Positions 25,700 to 37,351 are shown, numbered from the stretch's first letter. The stretch: 64,000 nt of DNA from Chiloscyllium plagiosum (GCF_004010195.1 NC_057718.1:90506376-90570375), one strand, 5' to 3'. The notes: generated by a model from the sequence alone, not told the origin. Program-made: numbers and translations.

Positions 25700-27570
25700 T
25701 CATGGGCTAGGGACAGGAGGTGTTGATGAGCTCCTTTCTTGAACACTGCAGTTCCTGGGTGGGGTACTTTTAGTAGACGGTTCTAAGATTTTGCCTCAGT
25801 GACACTGAAGGAACAGCAAGATAGTTCCGAGTCAGGAGAGTGTATGACTTGGAGGGGAGCTTGCAAATGGTGATGATCCCACTTATCGGCTGCCCTTACC
25901 CTTCTGGGTTGCAAAGGTCACGGGTTTAGAAGGTGCTGTTGGAGGACCTTAGCTGGACTACTGCAGTGCATTGTGTAGATACAACACACTGCTGTCACTG
26001 AGAGTCAGAGTCGAGAGTGCGTTGCTGGAAAGGCACAGCAGGTCAGGAAGCATCCAAGGAGCAGGAGAATCTACGTTTCGGGCATAAGCCCTTCAAGCAT
26101 AAGCCCTTACGATGAGAGGAAGGTCATTGGTGAAGCAGCTGAAGGTAGTTGGGCCTAGAACACTACCCTGAGGGACCAGGGTTGCTTTGGTGCAGTGGCA
26201 GTGCCCCTACGTTGAGTCAGGAGGCCTGGGTTTGAGTTTCACCTGTTTCAATGATGTGTAATAACACTCTTTGAACAGGTTGATTTGACAATATGTAGCT
26301 GAGGTATTCCTGAGATAATTGACCTTCAACAACCACCGCCATCTTCCTTTCTGCCAGGTGTGGCCGTACCCAATTTTTGTATTGAATCCAATTTTTCTCG
26401 AGCTTGATGGTACATTTGACGAATCGTTGACTTGATGCCAAGGGCAATCACCTTCACTTGTCCACTTCAGTCCACCACATCCTTTCTAGTTTGGTTCAAG
26501 GCTAGAATGAGGTCAAGAACCGAATGATCCTGGCAGAACCCAACTGGGCATCACTGAGCAAGTTCTTACTGAGCAAATGTTCCTTGATAGCACTGTTGAT
26601 GACACCTTCCATCACTTTACTGATGATCAAGAGTAGAGGCAGTGATTGCTGGATTGGATTTGTCATTTTGTTTTGTGTAAAGGGCAATTTTCCACATTGT
26701 TGGGTAGATGACAGTGTTGTAACTGTACTGGAACAGCTTGGCCAGGGGACTGGTTACATTCTGTCTTCAATCTGATTGCTGGAATAATATCAGGCCCATA
26801 GCCTTCACTGGATCCAGTGCCTTCAGCCATTTCCTGATATCATGTGGAGTGAATTGTTTGAGGACTGGCATTTCTGATGCGAGGAACCTCAGAATTGGCT
26901 AAAATGGATTTTCCTTTCCACAGTTCCAGCTGATGCTTGTAAGTGCTTCATCGTTGCCTTTGGCATTGATTGTGCTGGCACTACCCATCATTGAGGGTGC
27001 GGATATTAACAGAGCTGCCTCCTCCAATTTAGTTGCGTAATTGTCCACTGCCACTCATGACCGGATGTAACAGGACTGCAGAGCTTAGATCTGATTTACT
27101 GGTTGAAGAGTCACTCAGACCAGTTTAGTTCATGCTGTATGTAGTGCAGTTTTGTAGCTTCACCAGGTTGACATCTCTATTTTAAGCACGCCTGGTGCTG
27201 TTCCTGGTGAAATAACTCCGCAAAGGCTGGTATTCTGTCACCAAGTTACCCTTTATTTACATGTGCACATGACCCAGTTAGCTCAGAGTCAGTTGCAAGA
27301 GAGAGCAGCACCTCCGACTTGCCTGTTTATGTCTGTCAGCCAAGGCTCCCTGGTTGGACCAGGTTAACAGCCGCAATCAGAGAACTCACACTCTGAGAGA
27401 TTCATCGGGCTGACCTCGTTCCAATCACTGCATTTGGCATGTCCTCCAGCATTCTTCATTGACCCCTTGGCTTGATAGTAATGGTAGATTCAGGGAAACA
27501 TTGGTCCACACAGTTACAGTTTGTGGTTGAGTACAATGTTGCTTCTGCTGCTACTGATATCCTACAGTGC
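25700..27570 (-). mobile_element. Decayed CR1/L2-clade LINE (second family) with nested inserts
   Basis: IISKVMEGVINSAIKEHLLSKNLLSDAQ (N-terminal RT region). The same 3' end recurs at ~2045-2250, 3745-4335, 14600-14845, 44480-45470 and 60530-60700. Confidence 0.65.
27208..27432. mobile_element. Short solo-LTR-like insertion (~225 bp)
   Basis: TG...CA termini, interrupts LINE sequence, degenerate flanking duplication CCTGG/TTTGG. Confidence 0.45.
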
Positions 27571-27739
27571 CTTATGTCCATCCTGTGTTACAGTTTCACT
27601 CTGTATTAGGGTGGTTTTTAACGTTATATTTTTCTCCTCCCAAAGTAAATTCTTGGCCCCACGTTGAAGGATGTCACTTACCACTGAAAGCCCAGTGATC
27701 AATTGATTAATCACATTGTAAGGTTTTTGCTGTGGATTA

Positions 27740-28565
27740 GTTGGTAGCCCCCTAACCCTCTGAGCCAGAGATTGTGGCTTTTGGAACCTCATTCTGAAGA
27801 CCTGAACACATCATTCAGGCTGATCTCCCAGTGCAGTAATGAGGGAGTGCCTCAGGGTCAGTACTGAGGGAGTGCTGCACTGTCAGAGGGTCAGTACTGA
27901 GGGAGTGCTGCACTATTAGAGGGTCAGTACTGAGGGAGTGCTGCACTGTCTGAGGGTCAGTACTGAGGGAGTGCTGCACTGTTGGAGGGTCAGTACTAGG
28001 GAGTGCCGCACTGTCGGAGGGTCAGTGCTGAGGGAGTGCCGCACTGTCGGATGGTCAGTACTGAGGGAGTGCTGCACTGTTGGAGGGTCAGTACTAGGGA
28101 GTGCCGCACTGTCGGAGGGTCAGTGCTGAGGGAGTGCCGCACTGTCGGATGGTCAGTACTGAGGGAGTGCTGCACTGTTGGAGGGTCAGTACCGAGGGAG
28201 TGCTGCACTGTCGGAGGGTCAGTACTGAGGGAAGTACTGAGGCAGTGCCGCACTGTCGGAGGGTCAGTACTGAGGGAGTGCCGCACTGTTGGAGGGGCAG
28301 TCATTTGTCTGAGATCTTAGAGTAAGGCAATTCGATTTGGAAAATGCAATACCATTTAGCACAGGGTTGCCTCCTCTGTGTCCCAGGCAACAATTATCCC
28401 TTAACTGATGTCCAACGAGCCGGTCATTATTACATTGCATTTAGTGGGAGCTTGCTGTGCCCAAATGTGCTGCTGCATTTCTTTCATTACAAAAGTGACA
28501 TGCATTAGCTGCAAAGTGCTTTCAGGTTCCCTGGATAATGAAGGACAGAGTGCAAATCAATGCTT
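27740..28565 (+). mobile_element. Deu-domain SINE (SacSINE1-like) with an internal minisatellite expansion
   Basis: CAGTGCAGTA(C)TGAGGGAGTGCTGCACTGTC core and downstream GTGGGAGCTTGCTGTGC body. Unexpanded reverse remnants occur at ~39170-39380 and 40945-41030. Confidence 0.55.
27839..28296. repeat. 33-bp minisatellite (~14 units)
   Basis: Unit GGGTCAGTACTGAGGGAGTGCTGCACTGTCGGA, with a 98-bp higher-order repeat (28003 vs 28101). Confidence 0.95.
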
Positions 28566-28731
28566 TGTGTCATTTGGTCTGTTTTTCTTCCTTATGTTGC
28601 ACTCTAAGGTCACCTTGTTTCACCTTCACTTACACTCAAGTTTGTGGGCATTTGTCCAAAACGTAAGGAAGGAATGATACTTTGGCCGGATTAAACACTG
28701 CTTCCTTGGAATCTGGTCCTCCCTCCAACTG

Positions 28732-29152
28732 TAGCAAGAAGAAGCTGAAATCTCACTGTCCTATAAGAGTCTATCAATAGTTTGATTACTGAACAATAAT
28801 AGGTTGGGTCAGCTCATCTCCACCAAGGGCATTGGTAACATCCCTCCACGAACCTTTCACTATCTCACTCCCCCTTCTCTCACTTAGTGCAATGTGTAAA
28901 AAGCCTCAATAGGCTGTGGTTGCTAGCATTTGTTGTGTGTCATAGCAAGAAGAGGCTGAAATCTCACTGTCCTATAAGAGTCTATCAATAGTTTGATTAC
29001 TGAACAATAATAGGTTGGGTCAGCTCATCTCCACCAAGGGCATTGGTAACATCTCTCCAGGAACCTTTCACTATCTCACTCCTCCTTCTCTCACTTAGTG
29101 CAATGTGTAAAAAGCCTCAATAGGCTGTGGTTGTTAGCATTTGTTGTGTGTC
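28732..29152. repeat. 211-bp tandem duplication (2 copies)
   Basis: TAGCAAGAAGA(A/G)GCTGAAATCTCACTGTCC... starts at 28732 and at 28943, with only a few substitutions. Confidence 0.95.
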
Positions 29153-29327
29153 CCTAGTTGCTGTTGAACTGAATGGCTTGCCAGGCCACTTGTACCTGAA
29201 GTTCCAGGTAAGGACAGCAGATTTCCTTTTCTGAACCAGTTGGGTTTTGCCAATCAACTGTATATTGGATTTATTGTTAAAAATCACACAACACCAGGTT
29301 ATAGTCCAACAGGTTTAATTGGAAGCA

Positions 29328-29362
29328 CACTAGCTTTCGGAGCGACGCTCCTTCATCAGGTG
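29328..29362 (-). ncRNA. Minimal hammerhead ribozyme motif (second PLE family)
   Basis: Minus strand reads CAC-CTGATGA-A-GGAGC-GTC-GCTCC-GAA-AGCT-A-GTG: stem I CAC/GTG, 5-bp stem II, palindromic AGCT, UA at the cleavage site. Confidence 0.7.
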
Positions 29363-30796
29363 GTAGTGAGTTTAAAATGCAGTTGTCATGGTGGGATTTG
29401 AACCTGTGTAATTCAGAGTGTTAGCCTGGACCTCTGAATTACTAATACAGTGGCTTTACCATTATGCCATGTTTATGGTGTAGCTGACAAGCACAGTACT
29501 GGATTCTACCCAACTGCAACATGTCACATTTATTTGCGGCACACATTGCAACTATCAGCTGAATTCTTGGTGCAGGTAGAAAGGAGGGATGCTTCTTTAT
29601 AATGTGGCTCAGAAATTGGCTGACTGCAGGTTTTCAGGGGTTCCAGCTAGTTCCAGTTCCTAGTGAAGGGCTTATGCCTGAAACATTTACTCTCCTGCTT
29701 GTCAGATGCTGCCTGACCTGCTGTGCTTTTCCAGCGCCACACTTTATTGGGATGGTGAACATCCCAAGGCGTCAATGCCATTGTCCCTACATCTGCAATC
29801 GAACGGGATTTGGTCAAACACAGGCAGGAATTGGGAAAACAAGTCAAGTCTAGTGGACAATCCTGCGGGTGTCAAAAGAACTGAGATTGTGTTTATGACC
29901 AGGGAGTGCTAAAATGGATGCAGTTTGATTTTGGTACAAAGTACAACATAATGGTTAGAAAAGGAGACCTACTCCAAACATGTTTTTGACTGGGAATTTA
30001 TCACTAATGCCAGCCCTTGTGGTGGATTGGTGATCGTTAAGTGTAACAGAATACTGAAATAGTTTGATGGATAAATCCAAAAGGTTACTTTGTTGAAAAC
30101 AGTGCAGTGCTGTGGTCACCTTAAATAGTGAGAAGAACGAAGAAGGGTGTTAGACAATTGATTGCCACCCTTACCGAGACTGGCTTTGGGTATGCGAGAT
30201 TTATTAAGTGAATTTAAATTCAATTCAAATCCCAGCTGTCCAATGGGGTATGAACCTGACTGAAGCTTGGAGCAAAACATCATGAAGGAGATTCCAAGTG
30301 ATTGATGACTAGATGCCTTTTTGACCCCTGCTGAATTTGCAGTATTCGTGAAGAAATATGGTTTCAGGATCTGAGCTAAGCAGAAACCGGGGCATGAATT
30401 CACGTTAGAGCTTTATTTCTGGCCAAACACATATCAACTCATAAAAGATAAGTCTTGGCCTGATGTTTGGAGACACAGTGGAGCAAGGAAATGAACCTCT
30501 GAATAGGGCCAAGGGTGGAAATAGCTCTGAAAACATTCAACATTGAGAAACTGTTAGTATTTGTGGGAAAGCCCAAGACTAGTGCCCATTAGTGTGACAA
30601 CGTTTCGACTAAGACGTTTAGGAGGATGCTTTCTAACTTCGACTGCTTGGAATGTAGTATTCGCTGTCCTGAGAAGTGGGTGAGCTGAGGGGGATAAATG
30701 CGAGGTGAGGCAGTTAAACCTGAGAGGATATCTTAACATGTGGAGCGTGAACATGAACCTAATGGTGTCACACAGCATAGACCTGTTGGGCTGAAT

Positions 30797-31033
30797 CAAC
30801 TAGGAGAAAGTGAGGACTGCAGATGCTGGAGAATAGAGCTGAAAAATGTGTTGCTGGAAAAGCGCAGCAGGTCAGGCAGCGTCCAAGGAGCAGGAGAATT
30901 GACGTTTCAGGCATAAGCCCTTCTTCAGGAATGACATTCCTGAAGAAGGGCTTATGCCCGAAACGTCGATTCTCCTGCTCCTTGGATGTTGCCTGACCTG
31001 CTGCGCTTTTCCAGCAACACATTTTTCAGCTCT
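30797..31033. mobile_element. Palindromic ORF-less PLE-derived insertion (family A)
   Basis: ~100-bp inverted arms centred on GGAATG-A-CATTCC (30935). TSD CTGTTGGGCTGAAT at 30783-30796 and 31032-31045. Confidence 0.8.
30940..30967 (+). ncRNA. Minimal hammerhead ribozyme motif (PLE-type)
   Basis: CTGAAGA-A-GGGC-TTAT-GCCC-GAAA-CGTC preceded by ATTC and followed by GATT. Mirror copy with one substitution on the - strand at 30901-30928. Confidence 0.7.
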
Positions 31034-31146
31034 GTTGGGCTGAATGGCCTGCTGGATTAACTGTCATGAAAAAAGTAGATGCAGCGGTTGGGGGTTTAGA
31101 GGAGGACCCATTTGTTCTGCAGATGATGAGGTATATGCTCTTCAAT

Positions 31147-32207
31147 CATTCTAATGTCTGTAAGGAATCCAGCGAGTGGAATTTGCCTCCTTTCTTCCAG
31201 TCTTTTGCATTTTTTCTGTAAAATACCAAGCAAGTGTTGAGCAGTCTATTGCCCGACCTCTTTGACAGACATGTGAGAAACTGCACTTAATTTGACTAAA
31301 GTCTTGATGTAATTTTTCAGAAATCGGGCATTTATTTTTGTTTTCCATTTTAACCCACTGACTTTGCTATTCCCAGGGTATTTCGTGGTGAGTTATGCTT
31401 CAGAGGTGGATGACAAGAGGATAGGCCGAAGACTGATGGAACACGATGATGGCAATGCCACAAATGCCAAGACAACTTCGCACCAGTATAAGAACTGCAC
31501 TGAGCCTGGTAAGAGAAGCAGTATCTCACCGGGTTCCTGAGACAGTCTCACAATGTTACGCAGTCATATGTTGTCTTTGTACAGGAGTGAGACATTGCTT
31601 GTAACGTATTCTTGTTCTAAAAATACTCTTGGGTAACGGGCTGACCCAATTAGAAACCTGGCAGTGGTTGAGAGAGAGAGAAAATGGAAATTCTGAGGTG
31701 TTATAGAGCACTCAGTAATGCTGGCTACAGCGTACCATTGATAGAGATGGAGTGGTTTGCCCGCATTATTTAACTGGGGAAGGTAAATGGGAGAAGCAAA
31801 TACTTTTCTTTTTTAAAAAGAAAACTGTACGTAGGTGATTCTGAGAGACTATCTACAACCGATCACATTGCTGTACGTACTGCAGAAGATATTCCGTTTT
31901 ACTTTAAAGGGGGTGGTGTGGTCATTTGGTGTACAGAACCCACTATAAAATGTGCCTGTGCTTGATCACTGCTTAAGTCACCTTTGTTGTTGTACAGGGA
32001 AATGTTTTGTTGGGATAAACTGAAAGCACAAACTTGCACTGCAGCCGATATAATGTAGACTTGCCATTGTAACAATAATCTGCTCCAGCACAGCATAAGT
32101 GGTGCCCAAAGCTGAAGGGCCCCATTCTAATGTCTGTAAGGAATCCAGCGAGTGGAATTTGCCTCATTTCTTCCAGTCCTTTGCACTTTTTTCTGTAAAA
32201 TACCAAG
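31147..32207 (+). repeat. ~85-bp dispersed direct repeat flanking the exon (31147-31230 and 32123-32207)
   Basis: CATTCTAATGTCTGTAAGGAATCCAGCGAGTGGAATTTGCCTC...AAAATACCAAG, differing by 2 substitutions and 1 indel. Confidence 0.95.
31377..31508 (+). CDS. SLC24A3/SLC24A4: Internal coding exon (exon 2-like) of a K+-dependent Na+/Ca2+ exchanger, NCKX3/NCKX4 family
   Basis: Acceptor ...actttgctattcccAG at 31375-31376 and donor GTAAGA at 31509. 132 bp, phase 1-1, open frame (x)GG TAT TTC... = GYFVVSYASEVDDKRIGRRLMEHDDGNATNAKTTSHQYKNCTEP. The R(R/K)LM...KNCT(E/D)P motif directly before a phase-1 intron matches exon 2 of SLC24A3 (RKLM...KNCTEP|ALHEFP) and SLC24A4 (RKLM...KNCTDP|AIHEFP), recalled from memory. 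Paralogue unresolved: length favours A3, junction Gly favours A4. Confidence 0.85.
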
Positions 32208-33704
32208 TTAGCATCTTTTAGAATACACGAACCATGAATGTCTCAAACAGTGTTTATTTTCATCTTTGCTGCTTATCCTTGGAGCTAACTGTACCCAATA
32301 TGATTGTGCAGTCCTTATGAAGATCCTATGCCTACTGTTCCATTGAAGGCAATGCTTCTTTCTTTTAAATGATGCTGGGATGGTTCCCATTGCATCAGCC
32401 AATCTTGCAAAATGCACCATTAGGTCAGACCTTTCCCTGCACCCTCCAGGTAGAATTGTTTTGGCATTGTAATGGAGGGAGAACACAAGGTGATAAATAG
32501 TGGGGGTGGTAAGTGTAGACCACTATCGCCCCACAGGAATGTTGTGGAGGCACATCAATCACCCTGTGCTTCCCACAGCTCAATGTGGCAAGTTGTAATT
32601 AAGAAACCAACCTAATGGTAGGGCGCCTCTACTGATCCCTTTAAGAGCCACTGGTTACGTTATAACAGGAATAGGAAACGCTGCAGGTTATTCAACACTG
32701 ACATCCATTCTGAGCCTACAAAACAGCACATCCAATGGACCTAATGTGTCTCTAAGACTGCCAACAGATATGCTTAAATATTGTCCAAGTCAAAATAGCT
32801 TTACAATGTTTTTTCAGACACAGACAGAGCACAGAACATAACTGCAAATTTTGCATGTGAACAACAGGCAGAATTTGCCTTTTGATTTTGTGTTTTTCAT
32901 TTTACGCTGTTCAATGCAAAAGCTTGGGCAATTTTGTCCTCAATTGATCACACTTTGAAGTTGCTTTAAGAGGAACGATTCTGTAACTGGTACTGAGAGC
33001 TCAGTCCCACTGAGGGTATGTTTTCAATGAACCAGTTGTAGAAAAAAACAAGCAAAATTGTTTATTGTAAATAGGCGAAGTTCCTCAGGACCTTCTCAAC
33101 TGTGGTTACTGCAGCACTTCAAGGCGCTTTTGCTATTTTTATGCTCTTTGATCTTGTCTTTCCTTTTTTTTTTAAACATGTCTCTTGTATCTGAAGCCTC
33201 TCTGTAATACTCAGGATGTGCTGGGCACAATCTTGATCTGGGGAAATGAGTTTTGTTGCAAAACAAAAGCATCAGGCGCACACAGACTCAGGCAAAGACA
33301 CATTCACACTGATGGTAAGAAATGAGAAACACAATGGTTCACATATTGGAGCAATTACAAAGGCTTTTTCTGAGGAAGTTCAACTATTTTATATTTGTAA
33401 GTATTTCTGGTGATGATATTGCTTCTCAGGCAACGAGATGTTTTGAGTGGCTAAATAGTGAGAAATGTTTTTTCCCTAACAGGAGAGTCAGTATTAAGAT
33501 GACTGGAGGGAAAATCTGCAACATTTACTAGAAAGACCCTAGGAATGAGGAACTGCAGAATGGGGCTGGTCTTCTCAGAGAAAGTTGAGGGGTAGAAGGT
33601 GTTCAGAATAATGGGGTGCTCGAATGAGGAAGAAATGTTGGCGGACAGAGCACACAGGTTTAAGAGATGGGGCGAAAGTGCTATGCTGTGATTTGAAAAG
33701 GGTA

Positions 33705-34170
33705 ATGGAAAAGGGTTCAGAAAAGATTTACAAGGATGTTGCCAGCTTTGAGCTATAGGGATAGGCTAAACAGGCTGAGGCTGTTTTCCTTGGAGCATCG
33801 GAGGTTTATAAAATCATGTGGGGCATGCATAGGGTAAATAGACAAAGTCTGTTCCCTGGGATGGGGGAAATCCAGAACTAGAGGGCATAGGTTTAGGATG
33901 AGTGGGGAAAGATGTAAAAGGGACCTAAAGGGCAATTTTTTCACACAATGGGTGGTGCGTGTATGGAATGAGCTGCCAGGGGAAGTGGTGGAGGCTGGTA
34001 CAATTACAGCATTTAAAAGGCATCTGGATGGTTATATGAATAGGAAGGGCTTAGAGGGATATGGGCTGGGTGCTGGCATTTGGGACTAGATTACTTTAGG
34101 ATATCTGGTCAGCTTGGACAGGTTGGAGCGAAGGCTCTGTTTCTGTGCTGTACAGCTCAATGACTCTATG
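33705..34170 (+). mobile_element. CR1 LINE 3' fragment
   Basis: FFTQWVVRVWNELPGEVVEAGTITAFKRHLD plus 3' UTR. Confidence 0.8.
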
Positions 34171-35005
34171 GCTTTGGGAATAGAGTGGGTGCATGGGGTT
34201 TAACTGGATAGCAGTGTCAAAAGGGCAGCACAGACACAGTGTGGCCTCCTTCTGTGCTGTAAGAACCCAAGAGTGGACTCATACTCTACAAGACCAGTTC
34301 CGTTCACTCAGATTCCATTTCAGAGACCAGCTAACAAAAACCGAACATGGTCGGGGTGGCCTGCTAAGATGCATCTTGCAAAAATTCAAAAAATGGGTTT
34401 TTACTATGTATTAAATCTACCGTGGAATTGTTTTCACATTTAATTAAAGCTGTCAATTCCAACTATCACAAGCAAGTTTTTACTTATGATGTGTTGAGGT
34501 AATTGTACAGTTGGGATATTGCAGCTCAGTAGCACAGTGGTTATGTCACTGAACTGCAAGCCATAGGCTGTCTGGGAGCTATGGATTTAAATCCCATCAT
34601 GGAAATTAAAATTTAGTAAGTTAGATAAGTCTGTCATGACATAAGCCCAGTATCAGTTAGCTGTGACCGTGAAACGACTGGGTTGTCATAGAAACACAAC
34701 TGGCTCAATAATGTCATTTAGGGAAGGAAATTCGCTTACCAGATCTGACCTTTTAGTGACTTAATTTCCATGACAATGTGACTGATCCTCAAGTGAGGAA
34801 CTGTAAAAGTGACCGATAATCAAACCAATAAGGACCTTAGATTTTAGATTTTATTAGCATGTGTACTCAAGTATAGGAATACAGTGAAAAGTATATAATA
34901 TCAGCACACATGGTGCCACCTCAGGTACTAAGATGCAAAGAAAGCTTAGGCATGCAGAGTAAGAGAACTGAGAGTTTGAAAGGTTAAGCATTACTTCATA
35001 GAACA

Positions 35006-35217
35006 CAGCGAGTTTTTCTATAACATGATAGTTGCGTTCTATTGCAACCTCGTGTTATAAAAAATCGCACTTTAGAAACAGCGCTTAAAGTGTTAACGAT
35101 GTAATCGCATTACAGCCAACATATGTTTGAAAAGCTTTAGAAACAGCGTTCCTAACTTGTCAATTCCATTACAGCGAATTCACGTTAACGAAACACGTGT
35201 TATAGCAGAACGACCTG
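35006..35217. mobile_element. Tc1/mariner (Tigger/pogo-like) MITE
   Basis: Imperfect 22-bp TIRs CAGCGAGTTTTTCTATAACATG / CGTGTTATAGCAGAACGACCTG (16/22 match), CAG...CTG ends, flanked by CA rather than TA. Confidence 0.5.
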
Positions 35218-35929
35218 CAGTAGAAAAATAAAGAAATAGGTAATCGTTTGGCTTAAAGTGTTTTGTAGTTTAAGCTAGGAAAATTAGTCCTCCACGTCTC
35301 TTGTCCTCGATGTTGCTGCTGATACTGTCACTGCTGCCTCTCTGACCTCCCCTGATAGCTCGCGAATGGGCCCAGGCAGGATCCATTCACATGTCGCGCT
35401 GAGACACCACCTTGAGCTGCCGAGAGACCAGCCCGGGACCTGGCACGAGCTGCTGAAGCACTCACTCAGTGCTGAATTGGTGAGATGGCAACAAGGAGAT
35501 GAGCCCTCTCTCTTTCTCTCTCTCTCTTTCTCTCTCTCTCTCTGAGGGCAGCTCACCCAGTCATTTCCCCTCTCGCCACCTCTCCTTGAGGGGAATACTT
35601 AAGAGAAAGTAAGAGGTTATAGCAGTTTGGATACTGCGTCCCAAAAGAATACAATGAACAAGTTATGAAGACTGTCTCGGTAATTGAGAAGCAACTCATT
35701 GGTGAGTCTTCGGTCCATTTGACTGTGCACAGAGAGAGAGGAGAGATGACAGGAGGGGGATTTCTGAAGGTGGGTGCTTGCTTTTGACCGGTACAGACCC
35801 AGCGGGACCAAGGGCCTTTGTCCGTGCTGGAGACCTCTATGATTTAACTTGGACCGTTTTATAATATCACCATGTTGAGCAGGAGCAACATGCCACCAAT
35901 TACGGTGACTGTATTAAATAATATCGCAG

Positions 35930-36903
35930 GTGCAGGTTCATTGCTCCTTGAAAGTGGAGTCACAGGGAGATAGGTTAGTGAAGAAGGTGTTTGGTATGTT
36001 CTCCTTTATTGGTCAGAGCGTTGAGTACAGGAGTTGGGCGGCACGGTGGCACAGTGGTTAGCACTGCTGCCTCACAGCGCCAGAGACCCGGGTTCAATTC
36101 CCGACTCAGGCGACTGACTGTGTGGAGTTTGCACATTCTCCCCGTGTCTGCGTGGGTTTGCTCCGGTTTTCTCCCACAGTCCAAAGATGTGCGGGTCAGG
36201 TGGGCCATGCTGAATTGCCTGTAGTGTTAGGTTAAAGGGGTAAATGTAGGGGTATGGGTGGGTTGCGCTTCGGCGGGTCGGTGTGGACTTGTTGGGCCGA
36301 AGGGTCTGTTTCCACACTGTAAGTAATCTAATCTAATCTAATCATTTTGCGGCTGTATAGGACATTGGATCATTGTATGCAATTCTGGTGTCCTTCCTAT
36401 TGGAAGGATATTGTGAAACCTGAAAGGGTTCAGAATAGATTTACACGGATGTTGCCAGGGTTGGAGGATTTGAGCTATAGGGAGAGGCTGAATAGGCTGG
36501 GGCTGTTTTCCCTGGAGCATCGGAGGCTGAGGGGTGACCTCATAGAGGTTTATAAAATCATGAGGGGCTTGGATAGGATAATAGACAAAGTCTTTTCCCT
36601 GGGGTGGGGGAGTCCCGAACTAGTGGGCATAGGTTTAGGGTGAGAGGGGAAAGACATAAAAGGGACCTAAGGGGCAACTTTTTCACACAGAGGGTGGTAA
36701 GTGTGTGGAATGAGGAAGTGATGTAGACCGGTACAATTACAGCATTTAAAAGGCATCTGAATGGGTATATGAATAGGAAGGGTTTGGAGGGATATGGGCC
36801 AAAAGCTGGCAAGTGGGTCTACATTAGGTTTGGATGTCTGGTCAGCATGGACAAGTTCTAATGAAGGGTCAGTTTCTGTGCGGTATATCTCTATGACTCT
36901 ATC
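35930..36903 (+). mobile_element. CR1 LINE 3' fragment (split by the SINE at 36037-36343)
   Basis: ERVQNRFTRMLPGLEDLSYRERLNRLGLFSLEHRRLRGDLIEVYKIM. Confidence 0.85.
36037..36343 (+). mobile_element. HE1-type SINE (young subfamily) inserted in a CR1 LINE
   Basis: CpG-rich intact head GGCGGCACGGTGGCACAGTGG...GGGTTCAATTCCC and (AATCT)n tail. CR1 sequence continues on both sides. Confidence 0.9.
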
Positions 36904-37351
36904 TGCAGCGCGCGGGAGCTGGGCAAGTGTCCGTAAAGGTCATGTGAAATGAAAGCTGCGGTGCACAAAATCCACAGCTGTTTATGTTTCGTTTAAGTTA
37001 TCTTTGGCCGTGACCCTGCCAACAGAGAGTCTCAACGTGAGCGTCCTTTTCAGTTTGCAAGGTCGGAAAGTGGCCCACTCCCATTCGAAAGTGATCCTGT
37101 GATTTTATTATTTTTTTTTGGTCGACAGCTCACAATCAGCGTTCCACGTGCACAACGTCCAAAAGTGATTTAGCTTTCTCACTTCTTACTTTGCAACTGG
37201 GAGAGGAAGTCTGACCTCAAAACAGAAGAGCTGCTCTGAAAACTGGTACTGCAAGTTCCTTCCCATCACGTCTTGTTTGTTAGTGGTTACTGGTTTAGAT
37301 ACTGTTGTAGTTTCGGATAACAATGTACTTCCTCCACCTTCCCCTTTAGTA

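Noticed and set aside
27938..28325. Repetitive ORFs (SVLRECRTVGG)n
   Set aside because: They come from the 33-bp minisatellite, whose unit length is a multiple of 3.
36037..36110. tRNA gene-like A/B boxes
   Set aside because: This is the head of an HE1 SINE continuing into SINE body and tail, not a standalone tRNA.
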